The translations under genes and the position numbers were made by a program. A stretch of 55,329 nucleotides of DNA, from NCBI GenBank assembly GCA_035355815.1, contig DAOQRQ010000001.1, positions 1,664-56,992 of the forward strand, in the 5' to 3' direction. Of the stretch, positions 48,934 to 55,329 are shown piece after piece. Each line of letters opens with the position of its first letter. Positions within the stretch are counted from its first letter, which is position 1. Source of the stretch: Ferruginibacter sp. (lineage in GTDB: Bacteria; Bacteroidota; Bacteroidia; Chitinophagales; Chitinophagaceae). Below the pieces are notes generated by a model. That model had not been told where the DNA came from and ran no database searches. It saw only the letters and a list, made by a program, of their open reading frames with translations.

Positions 48934-49011
48934 CTGATAAACAGAGATTAGCCTCCGAGTGGTTACAAAGTTATTGAATCAATATTGTTATATAATTTCG
49001 ACTTTAGAAAT

Positions 49012-49443
49012 ATGCCAATGCAAAAGGTTCACTTTTACTTTCACGACAGAAAATATAATATCCGGGATAGGGGTGGAATAAAGCGAACTGTTGAACACAT
49101 ATTCTACTATGAAAAAAGAGAACTAAAAAGGCTGAACTATATCTTTTGTTCTGATAAGTACCTTTTGGAAATAAACAGGTCTTTCTTAAAGCACGATTTC
49201 TTTACTGATATTATAACATTTGACCTTTCCTCTACAAAAAAGAATGTGGAAGGAGAGGTCTATATAAGCCTGGACAGGGTAATTGACAATGCTGAGAACC
49301 TTAAGGTTTCCGTCAAAGAAGAGCTTTGTCGTGTAATTTTTCATGGAGCGCTTCATCTTTGTGGATATAAAGACAAACGAAGGAATGAGGCGGCAACCAT
49401 GAGAGAAAAGGAAGATGAATACCTTCGGTACTATCTGAAATGA
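49012..49443 (+). CDS. ybeY: rRNA maturation RNase YbeY
   Basis: IN..FLKHD.FTDIITF, GEVYIS, HGALHLCGY, MREKE. Start is ATG 49012 or 49018. Confidence 0.9.
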   Translation: MPMQKVHFYFHDRKYNIRDRGGIKRTVEHIFYYEKRELKRLNYIFCSDKYLLEINRSFLKHDFFTDIITFDLSSTKKNVEGEVYISLDRVIDNAENLKVSVKEELCRVIFHGALHLCGYKDKRRNEAATMREKEDEYLRYYLK

Positions 49444-49451
49444 TATAGTGC

Positions 49452-49467
49452 CGTTTCACGTGAAACA
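49452..49467. other. parS centromere-like site
   Basis: CGTTTCACGTGAAACA: 15/16 match to the consensus TGTTTCACGTGAAACA, with a perfect 14-bp palindromic core; intergenic. Confidence 0.85.
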
Positions 49468-49511
49468 AAAAACACGAGTATGGCCAAAATGGAAGCGTTA
49501 ACTTTGCGCCC

Positions 49512-51380
49512 ATGTTTCCCCAATACGATATTATAGTTGTTGGAGCCGGCCACGCAGGTTGCGAAGCGGCAGCGTCTGCTGCGAACCTGGGAAGCCGCGT
49601 TCTATTAGTGACAATGAATCTCCAAACTATTGCCCAAATGAGTTGCAATCCGGCAATGGGGGGAATTGCCAAGGGCCAGATTGTTAGGGAAATAGATGCC
49701 TTGGGGGGTTATAGTGGAATTGTTAGCGACAAAAGCATGATTCAATTCAGAATGCTAAACAGGTCAAAGGGTCCAGCTATGTGGAGTCCAAGAGTTCAGA
49801 GCGACAGGGCGTTATTTGCCAGCACCTGGAGAGAAATGCTTGAAGAAACACAAAACGTTGATTTCTATCAGGATACGGTCAAAGGAATATTGGTAAAGGA
49901 TGGAATTGTATATGGGGTTAAAACTGGTCTTGGGCATGAAATTAAAGCAAGTGCGGTGGTGTTAACCAATGGAACCTTCCTGAATGGGATTATTCATATT
50001 GGCGAAAAGAATTTTGGAGGTGGAAGAATTGCAGAAAAGAACTCAGAAGGAATTACAGAACAACTTGTTTCCCTTGGATTTGAAACAGATAGACTAAAAA
50101 CAGGAACCCCACCAAGAATTGACGGAAGGAGCCTGGACTATTCAAAGATGGAGGAACAGAAAGGGGATGAGGAGATAACCGGGTTTAGCTATTTAAATAG
50201 CGACCGTATTAACCCCAACCAACAGAAAAGCTGCTGGATAACTTATACTAATGAGAATGTTCATGAATTATTGAAGACCGGTTTTGATCAAAGCCCTATG
50301 TACCAAGGCAGAATTCAGGGAACCGGGCCAAGATACTGCCCGAGTATTGAAGACAAAATAAGCCGGTTTGCACAAAGAGACAGGCACCAGCTTTTTGTAG
50401 AGCCAGAAGGGAGAAATACTATTGAGATATATGTAAATGGATTCTCAACATCACTACCAGAAAACATTCAGTATCAAGCACTTAGATTGGTTCCGGGCTT
50501 TGAGAACTGCAAATTGTTCAGGCCCGGGTATGCGATTGAATATGATTTCTTTCCCCCGACACAGTTGAAATTCAGTTTAGAAACAAAACTAATTGATAAC
50601 CTGTTCTTTGCAGGGCAAATAAATGGAACAACTGGTTACGAAGAAGCCGCTTGCCAGGGGCTGATGGCCGGTATAAATGCCCACCAAAAGGTTAAACAAC
50701 TAGAACCATTTATTTTAAAGAGAAGTGAAGCCTATGTAGGAGTTTTAATAGATGATCTGATAAATAAAGGAACCGACGAACCCTATCGGATGTTTACCAG
50801 CAGGGCCGAATTCAGAACCCTGCTCAGGCAAGACAACGCAGATCTGAGACTAACGGAAAAAAGCTACCGGCTGGGACTTGCAAGCCAGGAAAGAATGGAC
50901 AGGGTGAAAACAAAATCTGGGGATATAGAAAAAGTGAAAGAGATACTTGCTCAATTAAGCCTGGAACCTGAAGAAACAAATGATTTTTTAAGAAGCGCTG
51001 ACTCATCAATAATAGCAGCAAAGCAAAAGGCCGCACAGATATTACTCAGGCCAATGATTGAGCTAAAAGAAATGATGAACCATATCCCAAAACTAAAAGC
51101 AGCACTGGAAAAATATAATGCAGAAACACTTGAACAGGCAGAGATACAGATCAAGTACGATACGTATATTGAGAAGGAAAAAGAACTGGTTGATAAAATG
51201 AGTCAACTGGAAGACCTGGTCATTCCGGAAAATTTTAATTACGAAAAGCTGAATTCATTAAGTACCGAAGCCCGCCAGAAATTTATTAAAATAAAACCCA
51301 GAACCCTGGGACAGGCATCAAGGATATCGGGAGTAAACCCAAGCGATGTTCAGATACTGATGGTTTTTATGGGCAGATAA
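49512..51380 (+). CDS. mnmG: tRNA uridine-5-carboxymethylaminomethyl(34) synthesis enzyme MnmG (GidA)
   Basis: GAGHAGCEAA, MSCNPAMGG, KTGTPPR, GPRYCPSIEDK, AGQINGTTGYEEAA, RMFTSRAE. Confidence 0.97.
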   Translation: MFPQYDIIVVGAGHAGCEAAASAANLGSRVLLVTMNLQTIAQMSCNPAMGGIAKGQIVREIDALGGYSGIVSDKSMIQFRMLNRSKGPAMWSPRVQSDRALFASTWREMLEETQNVDFYQDTVKGILVKDGIVYGVKTGLGHEIKASAVVLTNGTFLNGIIHIGEKNFGGGRIAEKNSEGITEQLVSLGFETDRLKTGTPPRIDGRSLDYSKMEEQKGDEEITGFSYLNSDRINPNQQKSCWITYTNENVHELLKTGFDQSPMYQGRIQGTGPRYCPSIEDKISRFAQRDRHQLFVEPEGRNTIEIYVNGFSTSLPENIQYQALRLVPGFENCKLFRPGYAIEYDFFPPTQLKFSLETKLIDNLFFAGQINGTTGYEEAACQGLMAGINAHQKVKQLEPFILKRSEAYVGVLIDDLINKGTDEPYRMFTSRAEFRTLLRQDNADLRLTEKSYRLGLASQERMDRVKTKSGDIEKVKEILAQLSLEPEETNDFLRSADSSIIAAKQKAAQILLRPMIELKEMMNHIPKLKAALEKYNAETLEQAEIQIKYDTYIEKEKELVDKMSQLEDLVIPENFNYEKLNSLSTEARQKFIKIKPRTLGQASRISGVNPSDVQILMVFMGR

Positions 51381-51392
51381 AACAAATAAATC

Positions 51393-51908
51393 ATGAAGTT
51401 GAATTTCTCCAGCAGCACCCCCAAAGAACTGATCTTTGAAAACATAGGCGAATACCTGCACCTTCAGAATCTTAAGATAAACAAAGAAGATAATACCCGG
51501 CCCTGGGGCGGTTTTTTTGTTATCGAAGAAAGCGAAGCAGAAAAATTCATTAAACTTTATTTTCCGAAACTCAGCAAAGAAGCGTTGAGTATATCCGGAA
51601 AACTCAGCCCAAAAATCCTGGTGGTTGCTCCGGAAAAAAGGTTGAGTTGGCAATATCATCATCGCCGGGCAGAGATTTGGAGGCTGATCGGCGGCACGGC
51701 AGGTGTTATAACGAGCGATACCGATCAGGAAAAAGAAACAAAGTATTTACAGATAGGAGATATCGTTCAGCTTGAGCAAGGAGAACGCCACCGGTTGATA
51801 GGGCTTGAAAACTGGGGCATCGTTGCAGAAATATGGAGACACACAGATCCGGAGAATCCGAGCAACGAAGATGATATTGTAAGGCTGCAAGATGATTTTG
51901 GCAGATAG
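51393..51908 (+). CDS. Cupin, mannose-6-phosphate isomerase type II C-terminal-like
   Basis: RPWGGF, LSWQYHHRRAEIW, HRLIG, EDDIVRLQDDFGR. Confidence 0.8.
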   Translation: MKLNFSSSTPKELIFENIGEYLHLQNLKINKEDNTRPWGGFFVIEESEAEKFIKLYFPKLSKEALSISGKLSPKILVVAPEKRLSWQYHHRRAEIWRLIGGTAGVITSDTDQEKETKYLQIGDIVQLEQGERHRLIGLENWGIVAEIWRHTDPENPSNEDDIVRLQDDFGR

Positions 51909-51909
51909 A

Positions 51910-54375
51910 CTATTCCCGGGCAGCTTTTCCAGACGCAAGCACCATCCGGAGCTCACCATAACCGATACCCTGAGGTAAATGCTCAATTAAAGTTTTGTGG
52001 CTTGCTGTACCAAATTTGGTAACAGCCATATTAATCAAATCCTGCTTTTCCTTATTTACAAGATCATTGATATCAAGCTCTCCCAAACCAATAAAATAAG
52101 CAAGGTGACCCGCAATGGTGCTAACAGATAAATTTCTTTCTTTTGAAATTTCGGTAATATCTTTTCCTTCCTTATATAAATTAAAAGAAACTGTTTTTGT
52201 ATCTGGCTTCGCTTCTTTTGGCTTTAGTTTTCTTTCTTTTCGTGGACTAACCGGTTTCGCCGAAATATTACTTTCCAGGCCATGTCTTTCACAAAAATCA
52301 CTTACCATTTCCAGGAGATCATCACCATACTTTTCTGCCTTTGCTTTTCCAAAACCCGGCATCAGCATTAAATCCCTTTTAGACAAAGGAAGATAAGTGC
52401 TGATCTCTTCCAGCGAAGCCTGGTTTGCCACCAAATAGACCGGGAGGCCGGTTTCAGAACAAACCATATTTCGCCAGCGCTTTAGTGTTGCAAGAAGCTC
52501 TGCATTTGGTGAATCATCATTCCCTGCACCTGTTTCACTGGCATAGCACGAAAGATTGAGCCGCGGGATCGACAACTTTAATTTATGCTGTAAATAAGCA
52601 GTAACAGAAAAGGGTTCCTTGCAATACTGCATAAAGAAGTTACAGACATAAATGAGAGTCGCCAATTCGTTCAGCTTTTCATTGATGAGAACGGAGGTTT
52701 CTTTGTGTTCAGCAATTAAAGGGTGTTTTTTTAATTCTTTTATGTAATTATCAAGCCGTGGAATAAAATGATTGGCGGCATCAGAGATGCGCTTTTGAAG
52801 AACGGCATTGGATTCGATCACATCCGATCCATTGATCAGTGACGCAACCTGACCAATAAACTTTATACCAACAGCCCCGTCTTCAAAAAGCGCCTTTTTA
52901 AAATTCTCTGCCCAGGAAAAGGCATTTTTATTTAACCTGTCTTGTTGTTGTTTAACCAGGAATGCAAGTTGTTCTACCGCCGCACCCATCTCTTTAAATG
53001 AAAAGAGCTCTTCCAGCAATTGCTGAGTGAAAATCTTTCTTGCCAGGAGAAACCGTTCCGGTAACGAACCCTTATGTAAAAGAGATTGCTGGGCCCTGCT
53101 TACATTAACATTACTACTGATGGCCGAAGGGGGGATCCTGCTCAATAAAACTACCCCATCCAGGCTGGTACACCGGCTTAACGCTACATATACCTGCCCG
53201 CTGCTGAAGGCTGCTGCCGCATCGATCATCACCCGTTCAAAGGTTAAACCCTGGCTTTTGTGAATGGTGATGGCCCAGGCAAGCCGCAGGGGATACTGTG
53301 TAAAAGAACCCAGGGTTTCTTGTTCTAATTTTCCATCCGCCCGGTTAAGTGTGTACCGGCTGTTGTCCCAGGATTCGGGTTGCACATCAATATCTGTATC
53401 GTCACAGGTTACAACGATCTTATCTTTTTCAAGCGATTTCACTACTCCTATCTTCCCATTAAAATACCTTTTTTGAACTACATCATTTTTCAGGAACATC
53501 ACCTGGGCGCCCGCTTTCAATACCAGTGCATGCTCAACCGGGTACATCGATTCGGGAAAATCGCCTTCAACCACAGCAGTAAAGGTAAACGAGGCCCTAT
53601 CTATCTTATATAAATGCTGTTGGTTTATCAGGTCTGCCTGGTTGTTGTGTGAAGTAAGCGTAATGTATTTTTCATCCGCCCCGGGGCGAAAAGACGGATC
53701 GTATCGGGAATGAAGCAGTTCGAAGTCCTCTGCATTCATTTGGTTATTTCTCACCTTGTTCAGCAAACCAACAAAACCTTCCTCTTTTTGGCGATAGATC
53801 TTATTCAGTTCGATCAATAAAGGAGAAAGCTCTTTTACAGCCATGCTGTCGAAAAAGAAAGGAGAAGCATAGTATTCGCTGAGGATATTCCATTCCTGGT
53901 TTTGTGCAACCGGGGGTAGTTGAAAAAGGTCTCCAATGCATAATAACTGTACTCCGCCAAAAGGCAAATGATAATTACGCCGCACATTTTTTAAAACCGT
54001 ATCAATGGCATCCATCACATCACAGCGAACCATACTTATTTCATCGATTACCAGTAATTCCATTTTGCGTAGCAGCTGTTGCCGCTGCTTGTTGAACCGG
54101 CCCTTTGCAAGCAAGCCATCTTTGTGATTCTTTGTAGGCAAAAACGGATGAAAGGGCAATTGAAATAAGCTATGAAGCGTAACGCCGCCGGCGTTTATGG
54201 CGGCTACCCCTGTCGGGGCCGCAACAATAATATTCTTCGTAGAGTTCTCTTTAAGGTATTTTAAGAATGTTGTTTTGCCGGTACCAGCCTTACCGGTAAG
54301 AAAAATGTTTTCGCTGGTTTCGGTAACAAACCGGTAGGCCAGGTCAAACAACTCGTTGTGTTCGATCGCTTGCAT
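51910..54375 (-). CDS. PIF1/RecD-like SF1B DNA helicase with HRDC and C-terminal HTH domains
   Basis: GKAGTGKT, APTGVAA, IDEISM, GDLFQLPP, AITIHKSQG, YVALSR; HRDC-like LKRWR..PVYLV..GFGKAKAEKYG; HTH EISKERNLSVSTIAGHL. Start at MQAIE. Confidence 0.88.
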   Translation of the reverse strand: MQAIEHNELFDLAYRFVTETSENIFLTGKAGTGKTTFLKYLKENSTKNIIVAAPTGVAAINAGGVTLHSLFQLPFHPFLPTKNHKDGLLAKGRFNKQRQQLLRKMELLVIDEISMVRCDVMDAIDTVLKNVRRNYHLPFGGVQLLCIGDLFQLPPVAQNQEWNILSEYYASPFFFDSMAVKELSPLLIELNKIYRQKEEGFVGLLNKVRNNQMNAEDFELLHSRYDPSFRPGADEKYITLTSHNNQADLINQQHLYKIDRASFTFTAVVEGDFPESMYPVEHALVLKAGAQVMFLKNDVVQKRYFNGKIGVVKSLEKDKIVVTCDDTDIDVQPESWDNSRYTLNRADGKLEQETLGSFTQYPLRLAWAITIHKSQGLTFERVMIDAAAAFSSGQVYVALSRCTSLDGVVLLSRIPPSAISSNVNVSRAQQSLLHKGSLPERFLLARKIFTQQLLEELFSFKEMGAAVEQLAFLVKQQQDRLNKNAFSWAENFKKALFEDGAVGIKFIGQVASLINGSDVIESNAVLQKRISDAANHFIPRLDNYIKELKKHPLIAEHKETSVLINEKLNELATLIYVCNFFMQYCKEPFSVTAYLQHKLKLSIPRLNLSCYASETGAGNDDSPNAELLATLKRWRNMVCSETGLPVYLVANQASLEEISTYLPLSKRDLMLMPGFGKAKAEKYGDDLLEMVSDFCERHGLESNISAKPVSPRKERKLKPKEAKPDTKTVSFNLYKEGKDITEISKERNLSVSTIAGHLAYFIGLGELDINDLVNKEKQDLINMAVTKFGTASHKTLIEHLPQGIGYGELRMVLASGKAARE

Positions 54376-54530
54376 TTTAATAAAGATAAGGCCATAATAA
54401 GAAACGGGGGGTGTATAATTGGCATGCAATCACAAAACAATACCGTTTTTTTTCTCTTCAAAAACTGTTTTTTACTTCATGGCCACAAGGAATTTCTTTT
54501 ATAGCATTGTTACTGGATAAGTAAATAAAA

Positions 54531-54575
54531 AAGATAGAAAGGCCTTCTCAATAAACCAGGAGGCCCCTCTATCTT
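54531..54575 (-). terminator. Intrinsic terminator after ssb
   Basis: Minus-strand AAGATAGAGGGGCCT...AGGCCTTTCTATCTT followed by TTTTATTT. Confidence 0.7.
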
Positions 54576-54585
54576 ACAAAGGAAA

Positions 54586-54930
54586 TTATGCAGTAGCCTT
54601 ACTGCCAAGCATCAGTAATTCATTGATCTCTACTTCGGAGATGAATTTCTTAACGCCCTCTTTATCCGTATAACTACGGCTGATGAGCTTGCCTTCAATG
54701 GCTACTTCGCTTCCTTTGTTCAAATACTTTTCAACAATGTCGGCAATTTTGCCCCAGGCGACCAGGTTGTGCCAGGTGGTTTCTTTAACCTTTTCACCTT
54801 TGGCATTCCGGTAGATCTCGTTGGTGGCAATACTAAAACGAGCCAGTTTTTTTCCGCTTTGCGTGTTTTTAATTTCTGGTGCGTTGCCCAGGTTACCGAT
54901 GAGTTGAACCCTGTTCTTTAATGTGTACAT
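54586..54930 (-). CDS. ssb: Single-stranded DNA-binding protein, short form without acidic tail
   Basis: NRVQLIGNLG, FSIATNE, TTWHNLVAWG, KGSEVAIEGKL; the protein ends just after the OB fold. Confidence 0.92.
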   Translation of the reverse strand: MYTLKNRVQLIGNLGNAPEIKNTQSGKKLARFSIATNEIYRNAKGEKVKETTWHNLVAWGKIADIVEKYLNKGSEVAIEGKLISRSYTDKEGVKKFISEVEINELLMLGSKATA

Positions 54931-55065
54931 GTTTTACAATTTGTGCCCGGCTTTAAGCAGGACGATTATTAATTTATTTCAACCAACCGGAACCAATGCC
55001 GGTTGACAGAACAAAAATGCGACGCCGAAACACTCATAGCCGGAATTTATCCTTTTACTTACCTG

Positions 55066-55093
55066 TATAAGTGTTTGTAAACGGATATAAATG
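55066..55093. repeat. Three 10-bp-phased direct repeats (TRTAARYG), candidate operator
   Basis: TATAAGTG at 55066, TGTAAACG at 55076, TATAAATG at 55086, between divergent ssb and Zn-ribbon genes. Confidence 0.5.
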
Positions 55094-55131
55094 AAACAAG
55101 AACCAGTTCAGTAATAAACCACGATACGATT

Positions 55132-55329
55132 ATGCTAACAGAGAAAGAAATGAAAACCTGTGTACTATGCGGAAAAACACTAAAGGGCCGCAGCGATAAA
55201 AAATTTTGCGATGATTATTGCAGGGCAGCGCATAACAATGAACTTAAAGGCGCCGTCAATAATCATATCCGGAATGTGAACAATGCCCTGGGTAAGAACC
55301 GCCGCATTTTGGAAAGCCTGCTTCCCGAA
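55132..55329 (+). CDS. Zn-ribbon protein (DUF2116-like), truncated by window end
   Basis: Hand translation MLTEKEMKTCVLCGKTLKGRSDKKFCDDYCRAAHNN...; CxxC...FCxxxC; the frame stays open to the end of the window. Confidence 0.8.
   Translation, partial: MLTEKEMKTCVLCGKTLKGRSDKKFCDDYCRAAHNNELKGAVNNHIRNVNNALGKNRRILESLLPE

Noticed and set aside
1-55329. CRISPR arrays, tRNA/rRNA genes, IS elements, prophage or defence systems
   Set aside because: I saw no repeat-spacer periodicity, cloverleaf or rRNA-like segments, or transposase, integrase or phage proteins by eye; a covariance-model scan would be needed to exclude small RNAs.

Overview
Core-chromosome segment of a Bacteroidota bacterium, most likely Chitinophagaceae-like (inferred from gene content and many TAnnTTTG -7 promoter boxes). 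It holds about 50 CDSs, mostly housekeeping: rlmD, metF, lptB, fabG, adk, msrB, suhB, thiL, rhlE, corA, nadA, nadD, ybeY, mnmG and ssb. I saw no rRNA, tRNA, CRISPR array or mobile element. Main points: (1) An ~8 kb inorganic-carbon acquisition cluster reads sulP - beta-carbonic anhydrase - dabA - dabB, with a divergent can. It is headed by a small membrane-anchored ORF ending in PPP that looks like a ribosome-stalling leader, and a terminator-like hairpin sits just before dabA. (2) A probable oriC lies in the 587-bp AT-rich gap before nadA, with degenerate DnaA boxes and trio-like repeats; a parS palindrome lies ~4 kb away, upstream of mnmG. (3) An active rhomboid is paired with one lacking its catalytic Ser. 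(4) A 43-aa CGCP lipoprotein is missing from the ORF track. (5) Several genes look leaderless. (6) A PIF1-like helicase, a tail-less ssb and a Zn-ribbon gene cluster around 10-bp-phased repeats. All product calls come from motif recognition by eye; no database search was run.
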